NCBI GenBank assembly: GCA_963749085.1
Contig: CAVVLG010000002.1
Coordinates: 370,085 to 434,084 of the forward strand
Length of the DNA: 64,000 bases
Reading direction: 5' to 3'
From: Candidatus Adlerbacteria bacterium
GTDB lineage: Bacteria > Patescibacteriota > Minisyncoccia > Phycocordibacterales > SBAW01
In this document: in pieces, positions 49,509 through 58,024 of the stretch
Numbering within the stretch: position 1 is the first letter of the stretch
Layout of the letters: the number at the start of each line of letters is the position of its first letter
Made by a program: the position numbers and the translations under genes
Notes under the pieces: model-generated
The model's database searches: none
Told to the model about the DNA's origin: nothing
The model's input: the letters and a program-made list of their open reading frames with translations, nothing else

Positions 49509-49738
49509 ACAAATACCGCATCAAACTCATTTCACCGCATCGCAGAGGCCGGGTGCGCAGAGCAACACAGGACGGCAGGGCGCTGCGCTCCTACAAGCGC
49601 CGGTGGAAGATTGAGCGGCTGTTCGCGTGGATGCACAACTGGAGAAAGCTCGTGACTCGCTACGAATACAAACTGCAGAACTTTGCCGCCTTCGTGAAGC
49701 TCGCGTGCATCATGCTATTACTCAAACATTATTTTTGA
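49298..49738 (+). CDS. IS5-family transposase OrfB (DDE domain), expressed as OrfAB fusion by -1 frameshift
   Basis: 146-aa ORF in -1 frame relative to OrfA; predicted fusion ...DATFAGAKKGGLGVGPTKRGKGTKIMAIADEG... Confidence 0.75.
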   Translation: MGPTKRGKGTKIMAIADEGSLPVAVYVASASPSEVRLVEDTLARRFTRQNPLRLTADRAYDSDPLDGTLLNKYRIKLISPHRRGRVRRATQDGRALRSYKRRWKIERLFAWMHNWRKLVTRYEYKLQNFAAFVKLACIMLLLKHYF

Positions 49739-49749
49739 GACTGGTTCTA

Positions 49750-49923
49750 GTACTTGTTGCGCTCACGGGCTACGGACAGGAAGAGGATAAAATAAAAGCG
49801 CAAGAGGCCGGATTCAATCATCACCTGACCAAGCCTGTTAGTATTGCAGATGTCGAAGCTATCCTCGCGAAGGATACATCCAACCCCCCCCGGCACGCGG
49901 ACGACAATTCTTTAACTAAGTAG
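49750..49923 (+). pseudogene. 3' fragment of the interrupted histidine-kinase receiver domain
   Basis: Removing IS plus one TA restores ...LRQEHGYNSLVLVALTGYGQEEDKIKAQEAGFNHHLTKPVSIADVEAIL... in the kinase frame. Confidence 0.8.
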
Positions 49924-50080
49924 GTCACTCTGTTCGCCCAATCCATCAATCTTTATGCCTCTCATGGGCTGCGCAGATACACGCCATACACAAAATACTA
50001 CGCTCCACTACGGGCAGCTTTTCTGATTATTGAAATAGCCTCCCCAGCCCAAACACCCAATAAGGTATACTAGTCTGCAT

Positions 50081-50575
50081 ATGCTAGAGCAATATGCATC
50101 GTTCTTCGCAGCGAGTTCGCAGGCATCGGCCGCTTTGGTCGGGCTTCTTTTTGTTGCACTTTCTATTGACGTCGACCTCGAGCGGGGATTTCGGTTCAAG
50201 CAATTTGCATTTTCTGAAACCGCGTTCATATCGCTTGGGGGTATCTTTATCATCTCACTTTTGGCGCTATTGCCCTCTGGCCTGTTGCTGATGACGGGTG
50301 CCAGTATCGTCCTTTCTGTCATCGGCATTTGGGGCTTGCTGCGGCGCACACACCCCCAGATCAAGCTGGTGCTGCTGCCAGTGGATTTTTGGCAGGTCTT
50401 TGTGACCGTCGGCGTCTATATATGGCTCGCGGGCACAAGCCTATGGTTATTGACGGTGGAAGAGTCAGTAACTTTGTTAAATATATTCTGCATGTTGCTG
50501 GGGATACTATATGTGCTTTCTCTCATACGTGCATGGCGCTCACTTCTTATCATCAAACATTATATGTCTAATTAG
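50081..50575 (+). CDS. Hypothetical membrane protein (4-5 TM)
   Basis: 164-aa hydrophobic ORF. Confidence 0.45.
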   Translation: MLEQYASFFAASSQASAALVGLLFVALSIDVDLERGFRFKQFAFSETAFISLGGIFIISLLALLPSGLLLMTGASIVLSVIGIWGLLRRTHPQIKLVLLPVDFWQVFVTVGVYIWLAGTSLWLLTVEESVTLLNIFCMLLGILYVLSLIRAWRSLLIIKHYMSN

Positions 50576-50646
50576 GGGGAGATTTACCGCTTCATATTCG
50601 CTACAGCACCCCCATAAGGATTTCTTGGGCGATTTCAATGTACCAG

Positions 50647-50772
50647 ACTTAGGCGTCCCGGTCGGGGGCACTGGCATGCGCGGATATTTGAATGACGTTC
50701 GAACCGTCATTCTATAGGGGAAGACTGAGTTTAGCTATAAGCCGCTTACGCTGATGGCAAAGGTGACACAGC
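50647..50772 (+). repeat. ~125-bp repeat element, copy A (direct repeat of 54659..54784, ~80% identity), contains hairpin GAATGACG-TTCGAAC-CGTCATTC
   Basis: By-eye alignment cccggtcgggggcacYggcRtgYgcggatatttgaatgacgtYcgaaccRtcattcta...ctgagttt...cttacg...atggcRaagg. Confidence 0.6.
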
Positions 50773-50834
50773 TTCGTTAAACTGTCCCGCACAGTCCAAA
50801 TAGATACTTTCGCCAGTCGTGATATACTTAAAGT

Positions 50835-51014
50835 ATGAATAAGACTCGCAAGAAAAATGTCTCTTTGAGTGACCTCTACCAGGAAGTCCGGGCCTTGCGC
50901 CGGGACGTGTCGGTGTTCATACCCACCGAGTCCCTAGACGATTACAAAAACAAAACGGAAATAGTTGCCGCACATCGCGATGCGCGAAAACAAGCTCGAG
51001 CCAGAGAGGTATAG
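50835..51014 (+). CDS. Putative antitoxin (59 aa), partner of RelE/ParE toxin
   Basis: Hand-translated MNKTRKKNVSLSDLYQEVRALRRDVSVFIPTESLDDYKNKTEIVAAHRDARKQARARGV; below ORF-track length cutoff; stop 2 bp before toxin ATG. Confidence 0.45.
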   Translation: MNKTRKKNVSLSDLYQEVRALRRDVSVFIPTESLDDYKNKTEIVAAHRDARKQARAREV

Positions 51015-51016
51015 CT

Positions 51017-51271
51017 ATGCGGATTATCCGCACACTGAAGTTTGAAAAGATGCCCGAACGGCTGCCCGCATCCGTACAAAAGGCGTACGTCGAGCAAGAA
51101 ACGATTTTGCAGGGGAATCCCAAAGATCCTCGCCTCCATTTGAAGAAATTGCAAGGGATTTATGACACCTATTCCTTCCGCATAACCCGCTCTTACCGAG
51201 CACTTTTCATTTGGGAAGTTAATACCGTCTGGCTGTTCGCCATCGGTGATCGAAAAGACATTTATCGATAG
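51017..51271 (+). CDS. relE: Type II toxin, RelE/ParE superfamily
   Basis: 84 aa; KDPRLHLKKLQGIYDTYSFRITRSYRALFIWEVNTVWLFAIGDRKDIY. Confidence 0.7.
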   Translation: MRIIRTLKFEKMPERLPASVQKAYVEQETILQGNPKDPRLHLKKLQGIYDTYSFRITRSYRALFIWEVNTVWLFAIGDRKDIYR

Positions 51272-51301
51272 AGGTTTCGATCTCACTAGAGCCGTTGATG
51301 A

Positions 51302-53167
51302 CTACTGACCCAAAACCCCTCTCGTCAATGGGCCCACATAGCCCGCTACAGGAGATATATTGTTGAGCATTTGGTACTGCATGACCGCGTTTCGCGTCAG
51401 CGGCCCGAAATAGCCGGTCACCAATGCCTCAGGATAGTAGCCATTGTTTGCCAGGTGGGTCTGAAGCGCAATCACGTCAGGGCCTTGCACCCCTTGATAT
51501 AAGTCGCGGGAAAGCATGAGGGGCGTGGTCACTGCGGCTTCCGCGGCAGGGATATCAACCTGTTCTTCGCCGGCTTGCGGGGTGACGTTAAACCGCGAGG
51601 CAGTGGTGAATCTGCCGTATTGGTCATAGGAGTAAAGCGCATAGTGATATTCGACGCCGTTTTCAACGTCAGTATCCGTAAAAGTCGTTGAGGGGCCGTC
51701 GTAAATGATATCGCCATCAATGCGCGAGAGTACTGCGTCGCTGCCTTCTTTTTTGACGATAACCGTATGGATAGTTCCGTTTTGGATGCCGGTGTCTTTG
51801 AGCCAGTCGAAGGAGACCTCCCCGTCGAGTGGCGTAACGTTGAGAAGCAGCGGATGTGAATGCACCACCGGCAGGCCGCCACCTCCCTGGGCCGCTGCCG
51901 CTTGTGCTCCTTGCTCGGCAATAGTTGCCAGGACTTCTGCACTGCTTGAAGCAGTGGGTTCGGAAGATACGGGTTCAGTCGGCGTCGAAGTACCGGAAGA
52001 CAACAATGATTCGGTGGTAAATGTCCTGTCCTTGCCGAATGCTGTGTTTCCGTCGCTGTCGGCAGCGACGATACGGAAGTGATACAAGGTCGAGGGAGTG
52101 AGAGTATTGATAGTTCGACTGTGCGACGTCTGCAACGTTTGGTCGTTTCCAAGAGATGAGCCATAGGACGTGCTCGTCCCGTATTGAATATCGGATGTCG
52201 CCGGTTCAGAAGTTGTCCACGAAATGGTTATCGTCGAGGTTGAAAGAGAACTCGTCGCCACGTTCGAGATGATCGGATATATAGGCGCAGCTTGCACTTT
52301 GAGCGTTGTGAAAGTTTCGGCGAGACTGTACGCCGTTTCGCCGGAAGAGGTTTTTGAGATGGCGCGATAATAATATTTAGTGTTCGGTGTTAATGATGAG
52401 AGAGACGCCGAATGAGATTGGGATATAGGTCCTAAGGCGGTGAGTGAGCCGTAGGTATTGGTTGGGCCGTATTCGACTTGCGAGTCGGCATCCTGGTTAG
52501 TTTGCCATGTGATAGTGGCTGTCGAGGAACTTACTTGTGACGTCTCGGTATTGGAGATTGCCAGAGCGGGCGCCGGGGGAGTCGATGAAGCAGACTCCAT
52601 GTTCTCTGTCGTTGTCGCTGCGGAAGTTGCTTCGGTTTGTGTTGTCTCGTTATTCTCCGGAGTAGAGGTTGCAGCTGTTGAAGTCGATGTCTCTTCAGCT
52701 GGCGGCTCAACTGGCTCCGATACAGGAGTCGCGAGCGTCGTGAATGTCTCATCACCTGTTATGGCCGCCGTCCCCGCGCTGTCTACGACCACGACGCGAT
52801 AGTGGTAGAGGGTCTCCGGTGTGAGATTCTCAAGGACAAATGATGGCGAGGTAGTGAACTCGCTCGTGAGCGGGGTTGAAGCGCCGTACTCCTCAGTGGT
52901 GCCATACTCGACATACCCTTGCACCATCTCATCTGAATTCACATCTATTTCTGCGCTTGTGTCGGTGATATTGGTAACAGAAATGCTTGAAATTGAGGGG
53001 CCGACCGGAGCGGGAGGGGCCATTTCTTCGGTCGGCGGCGGAGTCATTTCCTCTACAGGAGGAGCAGTATCATTGGTAGTATCCGCTGGGAGCGTTTGGG
53101 CAAGAACTGACGCGATTGGGGTAAAGAGAATGGAACAAGAGAGTACTGCGGAGAATATTTTGATCAT
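51302..53167 (-). CDS. Secreted protein: signal peptide, three fibronectin-type-III-like repeats, C-terminal peptidoglycan-binding (PG_binding_1-like) domain
   Basis: 621 aa; MIKIFSAVLSCSILFTPIASVLA; repeated YHYRVVVVDSAGTAAITGDETFTT / YYYRAISKTSSGETAYSLAETFTT / YHFRIVAADSDGNTAFGKDRTFTT; C-terminal DVIALQTHLANNGYY...GYFGPLTRNAVMQYQ. Confidence 0.65.
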   Translation of the reverse strand: MIKIFSAVLSCSILFTPIASVLAQTLPADTTNDTAPPVEEMTPPPTEEMAPPAPVGPSISSISVTNITDTSAEIDVNSDEMVQGYVEYGTTEEYGASTPLTSEFTTSPSFVLENLTPETLYHYRVVVVDSAGTAAITGDETFTTLATPVSEPVEPPAEETSTSTAATSTPENNETTQTEATSAATTTENMESASSTPPAPALAISNTETSQVSSSTATITWQTNQDADSQVEYGPTNTYGSLTALGPISQSHSASLSSLTPNTKYYYRAISKTSSGETAYSLAETFTTLKVQAAPIYPIISNVATSSLSTSTITISWTTSEPATSDIQYGTSTSYGSSLGNDQTLQTSHSRTINTLTPSTLYHFRIVAADSDGNTAFGKDRTFTTESLLSSGTSTPTEPVSSEPTASSSAEVLATIAEQGAQAAAAQGGGGLPVVHSHPLLLNVTPLDGEVSFDWLKDTGIQNGTIHTVIVKKEGSDAVLSRIDGDIIYDGPSTTFTDTDVENGVEYHYALYSYDQYGRFTTASRFNVTPQAGEEQVDIPAAEAAVTTPLMLSRDLYQGVQGPDVIALQTHLANNGYYPEALVTGYFGPLTRNAVMQYQMLNNISPVAGYVGPLTRGVLGQ

Positions 53168-53358
53168 AATTTTGAAATCTCTTTTAAGTCTTTGTCCGGC
53201 AGGTAGAGAATAAGTAAACCGATAATAATTCCGCCAATAGCTGTCCAGATATGGCTACCGCCAAAGAGATACACATCCATTTTGTCGAGCAGATACCAAA
53301 TGCCACGCCATACCAGCACTATCCCGACCACTATTGCTATAATCCGTACAGTCTTCAT
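53164..53358 (-). CDS. Small membrane protein (2 TM)
   Basis: 64-aa hydrophobic ORF, ATGA overlap with downstream gene. Confidence 0.4.
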   Translation of the reverse strand: MKTVRIIAIVVGIVLVWRGIWYLLDKMDVYLFGGSHIWTAIGGIIIGLLILYLPDKDLKEISKL

Positions 53359-53399
53359 AGCCGTAAGTGTAGCACTCTAATGTCTGCTACACTGCAGGT

Positions 53400-53699
53400 A
53401 TGTTGCTGAAGGAGTTTATACATTTTTTGAAAGAGTATAAGGTCGTGTCCCTAGCAGTGGCTTTTATCATGGGTACGGCAGCTACTAACTTGGTTGACTC
53501 TTTGGTAAAGAATATATTCCTTCCTTTGCTGGCACCACTCCAAGCGGCGGAGACTTGGGATAAAGCGGTGCTCTCTATAGGACCGGTCACACTAACCTAT
53601 GGAGCGTTCCTCGACGAGCTTATTAATTTTATTATCCTCGGCTTCCTGGTGTTCCTGTTGGCGCGAAAGCTGCTCACCATGGAAAAGGAAGGAAAATAA
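53400..53699 (+). CDS. mscL: Large-conductance mechanosensitive channel MscL
   Basis: 99 aa; LKEFIHFLKEYKVVSLAVAFIMGTAATNLVDSLVKNIFLPLL ... TYGAFLDELINFIILGFLVFLL. Confidence 0.85.
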   Translation: MLLKEFIHFLKEYKVVSLAVAFIMGTAATNLVDSLVKNIFLPLLAPLQAAETWDKAVLSIGPVTLTYGAFLDELINFIILGFLVFLLARKLLTMEKEGK

Positions 53700-53702
53700 T
53701 CT

Positions 53703-54347
53703 ATGACATTTCTTTTTGAAACGAGGCCTTTCAGTGAGGAGAGCAAGCGCGCAGCGGTGGACAAGCTGCTTGAAGCGGCCTTGCCTGATAGAGACTTTTA
53801 TTTATTGGTCATCGGCGCGGCGCTCTTTGCGCTTGGCGGCATCGCTTTGGACAGTATTCCGGTCCTTATCGGTGCCATGATAGTGGCTCCACTTGCCGCA
53901 CCCATCTTGGCGCTGGGACTTGGCATTGCGACGGGCGATTGGTATCTTGCTGTGCGTTCGGTCATAACCTTGATAGCGGCATCGCTTGCCGCGGCGATCG
54001 TGGCAGCGATAGCGGCACACCTGCTTCCGCCGTTTAGCATAGATGGTACCTTTATATCCTTTGTGGCACACCCTCTGTATGACGCTGCTATCGCCTTTAT
54101 AGCCGGTGCCATAGCTGCATATGGCTATGTGCGGGCAAAAGCAGGCGGAGCATTGACTGGAATCGGCGTTGCGGTATCACTTATGCCACCTTTGGTTGCC
54201 AGTGCGCTTGCGTTTGGCACGCTTGATGTGCCGCTCCTGAAGGAATCATCGCTTATCTTTATATTGAACGTAGTGGGTATACTCGTAGGTTCTATACTCG
54301 TCTTTTCCCTATTCGGGATGCACGCGTATTACGAAAGGAAATCCTAG
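53703..54347 (+). CDS. DUF389-like hydrophobic membrane protein
   Basis: 214 aa, Ala/Gly-rich TM helices; family assignment tentative. Confidence 0.45.
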   Translation: MTFLFETRPFSEESKRAAVDKLLEAALPDRDFYLLVIGAALFALGGIALDSIPVLIGAMIVAPLAAPILALGLGIATGDWYLAVRSVITLIAASLAAAIVAAIAAHLLPPFSIDGTFISFVAHPLYDAAIAFIAGAIAAYGYVRAKAGGALTGIGVAVSLMPPLVASALAFGTLDVPLLKESSLIFILNVVGILVGSILVFSLFGMHAYYERKS

Positions 54348-54550
54348 CCGCTTTTATTTAAAAAGAAAAAGATAGAGGGACAGGAGCACCAGCACAATAA
54401 GTGAGGTTTGCATCACGAGTGCAGAATCCCACAGCGATACACCGAACACGATTACTGCGCCGATAAGCGGGAGCACTCCTGTGGTGATGTTTTTCATACA
54501 GCTAAGTATATCAGGTTATTTTTAGAGCTCGTACTCATCTTCTTCTATCT

Positions 54551-54566
54551 TATGACGGCGCTAGGG
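54551..54566. repeat. 16-nt copy of the tRNA-Ile 3' end (gcgctagggatcgaac): att-site-like remnant
   Basis: Identical to 57957..57972 within the intact tRNA-Ile gene. Confidence 0.45.
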
Positions 54567-54658
54567 ATCGAACTAAGAAAACGCTTTCGTTGAGCCATAA
54601 AAAATTTTGAGCAAAAAAGGGCGAACTGGACATGTCCAAAAAATGGCTCTGTTGAGCC

Positions 54659-54784
54659 ATCCCGGTCGGGGGCACCGGCGTGTGCGGATATTTGAATGAC
54701 GTCCGAACCATCATTCTACGGGGAAAAACTGAGTTTGGGTATAAACCACTTACGTTAATGGCGAAGGCAGTGCAGGGTGATTGA
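54659..54784 (+). repeat. ~125-bp repeat element, copy B (see 50647..50772)
   Basis: Same as copy A. Confidence 0.6.
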
Positions 54785-54810
54785 GTCTACCCAGCCAGAT
54801 TTTGTTGAAA

Positions 54811-55041
54811 TCAACTTAACCACTCTCCTTCAGGTATGCCTGACTGTTTGATTATCGAGCTTAATGTCTTAGGGTGGATGGTATCAGATCCATGATATTG
54901 CACATGGGTCATGCGTAGCTGTCCATCCTTGAATCCCCGAAAATAATGGTGGCTTCCCCGAATGTGATGGGGAACGAAACTATTCGCCTTTAGAAATTTC
55001 TCTACATCCTTGAAGGTCCAGTTTGATTTACCTCTAGGCAT
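54811..55041 (-). CDS. hicA: Type II toxin HicA (mRNA interferase)
   Basis: 76 aa; KDVEKFLKANSFVPHHIRGSHHYF...IHPKTLSSIIKQSGIPEGE. Confidence 0.8.
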   Translation of the reverse strand: MPRGKSNWTFKDVEKFLKANSFVPHHIRGSHHYFRGFKDGQLRMTHVQYHGSDTIHPKTLSSIIKQSGIPEGEWLS

Positions 55042-55386
55042 TTACACAGTGGCAAGACTTGCAACACCCGCTTTGTAGATGCCCGAAAGCGGGGATAGAA
55101 CGTTCCCCTTGTCTTTTACTGCTTGTGTTTGTGTGGCGGATGCCCACTTTGATTCATATTCCTCCTCCACGTCCTGATTGAGAATTGAATTGACCTGTTG
55201 CGGACGAAAACCTTTCAATTCCCTTGCTGACTCAAGGTATCCCTGCACAGCCTCCTGCAGTTCAAATTCAACTATTTTCGGGTCAATCCCCGTGACCACG
55301 ATGTTGAATTCAAGCGCCACGCCCACCCAGGAGTCGCCATCCTTAAAGATCATCCAACGGTATACACCACTTTTTGCCGTATTCAT
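55042..55386 (-). CDS. hicB: HicB antitoxin (UPF0150/RNase H-like fold)
   Basis: 114 aa; YRWMIFKDGDSWVGVALEFNIVVTGIDPKIVEFELQEAVQGYLESAREL; immediately upstream of hicA. Confidence 0.65.
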   Translation of the reverse strand: MNTAKSGVYRWMIFKDGDSWVGVALEFNIVVTGIDPKIVEFELQEAVQGYLESARELKGFRPQQVNSILNQDVEEEYESKWASATQTQAVKDKGNVLSPLSGIYKAGVASLATV

Positions 55387-55603
55387 GGGATCAGTCTACC
55401 ACAAACGAGCCCCTCCCGTGAAGGAGGGGCTCTCGGAGGCCGAAGCCACTTGTAGTCAGACGGTACACCTTGGCAGATGAAAAGCAAGTGTATCCAGGGT
55501 TGCCACAATCGAGAGAGAAAGCCGGTCGTCTGCGAGATGAATCTCACAAATCGACCGGTCTTTTTGCCGTGCGTCTCAACTCTATCATTTCCCCCAATGA
55601 GGC

Positions 55604-55816
55604 TTAGATGCGGATCATTCTTCCGGGACGGCGGATGGCGTACGCAGGTGGCTTGGGGTGTCGGTGTAGCGGATAGCGAAGCATTTTGTAGACGTCAAAA
55701 ATTCTTTTGAATTCTTTTTTCACGCCAGTGAAGGTCTTTGCCTGCACGGCGATATCGCGTTCGATGCATTGACCGACCCACCATCTGGATTCGCGAAAGA
55801 CGATTGCGCGCATATC
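55604..55816 (-). CDS. HicB-like antitoxin-domain protein (short)
   Basis: ORF 55604..55927; MRAIVFRESRWWVGQCIERDIAVQAKTFTGVKKEFKRIF resembles HicB core. Confidence 0.35.
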   Translation of the reverse strand, partial: DMRAIVFRESRWWVGQCIERDIAVQAKTFTGVKKEFKRIFDVYKMLRYPLHRHPKPPAYAIRRPGRMIRI

Positions 55817-56051
55817 ACGACCCATTTTCGATAGAGTTGACGATGTTATAACCAGGCCAATTGGATTTGCCGTCCTCTTTAAACCACCACACTGAGGACA
55901 TAAGGCCTCCTTGCGTTGACGTGTCAACGCCGATTCTTCGGATGATCCGCGTGCAGTCTGGAAAGTTCGGTGTGCCTTTTGGGTGTGCCTCTACTAGTTC
56001 ACATGGTTCCCCGTTTTCAAACTGGATTGACTTTGTCCAATCGAGTGGCAT
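55815..56051 (-). CDS. Hypothetical small protein (possible toxin partner)
   Basis: 78-aa ORF overlapping start of HicB-like gene. Confidence 0.3.
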   Translation of the reverse strand: MPLDWTKSIQFENGEPCELVEAHPKGTPNFPDCTRIIRRIGVDTSTQGGLMSSVWWFKEDGKSNWPGYNIVNSIENGS

Positions 56052-56198
56052 GGTTCTCCTCCAAAGTGTTGGTTGCTTCTAAAGAAAATATACCATGGTC
56101 AGATTAAATTCTTGTCCCCTGGTTGCACAGGGTCGCGGGAAAATCCCGAATGTAGTTCCAGTATAGCATTAAGGATTTAACCATCAAAAAACACCACG

Positions 56199-56384
56199 AT
56201 GAGATACGCTCACTTAGCCCCCTCAACGCTTCGAGCCGCCATCAACCAGTTGAACCCGAAAGCAATGATTTCTGGAAGTTTTGGGCAACCGGTGGTCAAC
56301 CGATGGATTGAGACAGTGCAACAAGAAACAAAAAATCCTTTACCTGCAACGCAAAATTTACAAAAAAATTTGTGCGGGCGCTAG
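56199..56384 (+). pseudogene. Tyrosine-integrase 3'-terminal fragment (~50 aa, contains catalytic-Tyr region MRYAHLAPSTLRAAI)
   Basis: Near-identical to the C-terminus of the 57238..57921 integrase remnant; followed at 56380..56410 by a degraded copy of the tRNA-Ile 3' end. Confidence 0.6.
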
Positions 56385-56410
56385 GATCGAACCCAGTCGC
56401 AACAATTCTG
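56380..56410 (-). repeat. Degraded copy of tRNA-Ile 3' end (T-arm + acceptor; ggttcgatcc-tagcgcccgcac): att-site remnant
   Basis: Compare with 57952..57980. Confidence 0.55.
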
Positions 56411-56736
56411 AAGAAGCGCCAATCGAGCAAGAGAAATAAGGATTAATGGCTTAAACTAAAGGATTACTGACAAAATGTAAGATTACCAATCGTACTCACT
56501 AACTACCAAGTTTAACCAACTTTTATCACTTTTTGGGCAACCCGTGGGCAACCGCGGAATTATCAAAAAGGAACAGTACAGGGGGAAAAGTGATAAAGAT
56601 TGTGTGGAAAACACTGCTAGGCGGTGGTTTTTATGCTGTGTGTTTTTTACCGGCTTTGGTGGGTGACTAAGTGAACACTCTCTCAAGGGAAATCCGCCGT
56701 TCTGCTACGTTAAAGAGAGTTTCGGCCACAACCGAA

Positions 56737-57006
56737 TCAAAACTTCAATTTATATATCCAGTCGTGCGGACCGATGGTGAGAAAGAGCGCCGTATTGCCG
56801 TCGATAAAGCGTAGCGCGATGCGGTAGCTCCTGTCGACACGGATACTCCAAATCTCCTTGCTCTTGGGTTCAAGCTTCTCGGTGTGGAGCGACGGATAAA
56901 AGGGATTTGTGCGGAACAAAGCTTCCTGCTTCTCGGCCTTCTTTTGAACAGCTGTAGGTAGTTTGAGATACCGCTTTCGGAACTCATCCGTTACCACCAC
57001 GTCCAT
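56737..57006 (-). CDS. Type II toxin, RelE/ParE superfamily
   Basis: 89 aa; HTEKLEPKSKEIWSIRVDRSYRIALRFIDGNTALFLTIGPHDWIYK. Confidence 0.6.
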   Translation of the reverse strand: MDVVVTDEFRKRYLKLPTAVQKKAEKQEALFRTNPFYPSLHTEKLEPKSKEIWSIRVDRSYRIALRFIDGNTALFLTIGPHDWIYKLKF

Positions 57007-57015
57007 AAACAGCGA

Positions 57016-57222
57016 CTATTTTCGCCTAAGCTCGCGCAGCGAGGTGACTGTATATACCCGCCCGGCGCGGTAGTCCCGCTCGGCCCGCTCGATACTGCGC
57101 AGAAAATCAGGATTGTAGAACCCGAGGTTGGAGGCAAGACGCTCCAGCCGATCGGCGTCGAGCTCCACTAGCACCTTCTTCCCCTTCGATCCAGGGCGGA
57201 TAGTTATCATCGTCTTGCTCAT
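57016..57222 (-). CDS. Putative antitoxin partner
   Basis: 68-aa ORF directly upstream of toxin. Confidence 0.4.
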   Translation of the reverse strand: MSKTMITIRPGSKGKKVLVELDADRLERLASNLGFYNPDFLRSIERAERDYRAGRVYTVTSLRELRRK

Positions 57223-57237
57223 AGAGCTAGTATAGCA

Positions 57238-57921
57238 TAGTCCCCTTGTACGGTCATTTTTACGCGTACCTGGCTCAAATGTCCTCCACCGAAAACCGAT
57301 TATCTGTCGAAAGACGAATGCGGATTACTGCTATCTCATGCACGCGGCGTCGTATACGAGATGCTACTACTCGCCCTCCGCACGGGCATGAGGCGCGGTG
57401 AAATTATCGGCCTGCAGTGGTCATCCGTTGATTGGCAGACCCAGAACATCACGGTGCGGCATTCATATTGCGAGTACACGAAAGAGTTAGGCTCAACGAA
57501 AAGCAACCGCGAACGGCATATCCCTATGGACGCGGACGTATACGCAGTCCTCTTCAACAGAAAGCGCGACACGGGCTATGTATTCGTGGACGCAGATAAT
57601 AAGCACTTCAATGGCAGATATCTTGAGCGTCGACTAAAAGAACTCTGTAACCAAGTTGGATTGCGCAATATCGGATGGCATACGCTGCGACACACGTTTG
57701 CTTCGCACTTAGCGATGAGTGGAGTACCGCTCAACGCCGTGCAAGCACTCCTAGGTCACTCCGCCATCACTACCACGATGCGATACGCGCACTTAGCACC
57801 CTCAACGCTTCGAGCCGCTATCGACCAGCTGAACCCAAAATCAATGATTACTGACAGTTTTGGGCAACCGGTGGGCAACCAGTGGGTTGAGACATTGCAG
57901 CAAAAAACAAAAAATCCATAA
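57238..57921 (+). pseudogene. Tyrosine recombinase/integrase, 5'-truncated (catalytic domain only; no N-terminal arm/core-binding domain or start codon)
   Basis: In-frame ...YLSKDECGLLLSHARGVVYEMLLLALRTGMRRGEIIGLQW...WHTLRHTFASHLAMSGVPLNAVQALLGHSAITTTMRYAHLAP (R..HxxR..Y); frame opens right after a stop at 57235. Confidence 0.7.
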
Positions 57922-57951
57922 CGTGCAACACAAAATCGACAAAAAAATTTG

Positions 57952-58024
57952 TGCGGGCGCTAGGGATCGAACCTAGGACCTTTCGAGTATCAGTCGAATG
58001 CTCTACCAACTGAGCTACACCCGC
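57952..58024 (-). tRNA. tRNA-Ile: tRNA-Ile (anticodon GAU)
   Basis: Hand-folded: GCGGGTG/CGCCCGC acceptor, D-arm GCTC-AGTTGGTA-GAGC, anticodon stem TTCGA/TCGAA loop CTGATAC, T-arm CTAGG-TTCGATC-CCTAG. Confidence 0.85.

Larger units (their letters stand above)
48899..49749 (+). mobile_element. IS5-family insertion sequence (851 bp), copy 1, with ~20-bp terminal inverted repeats TAGAACCARTCTCAAAAATA and TA duplication in a CTAG target
   Basis: Identical second copy at 58733..59583 in opposite orientation; boundaries defined where identity between copies stops; IRL tagaaccaatctcaaaaata / IRR(rc) tagaaccagtctcaaaaata. Confidence 0.85.

Noticed and set aside
49627-49923. ORF-track 98-aa ORF treated as an independent gene
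   Set aside because: Its 5' part is the end of the IS, including the right inverted repeat. Only 49750..49923 is genuine coding sequence, the displaced 3' end of the histidine-kinase receiver.
50647-50772. tRNA hidden in the 125-bp repeat (TTCGAAC T-loop)
   Set aside because: The stem is 8 bp, not 5. No complementary acceptor arm or anticodon arm could be built around it.
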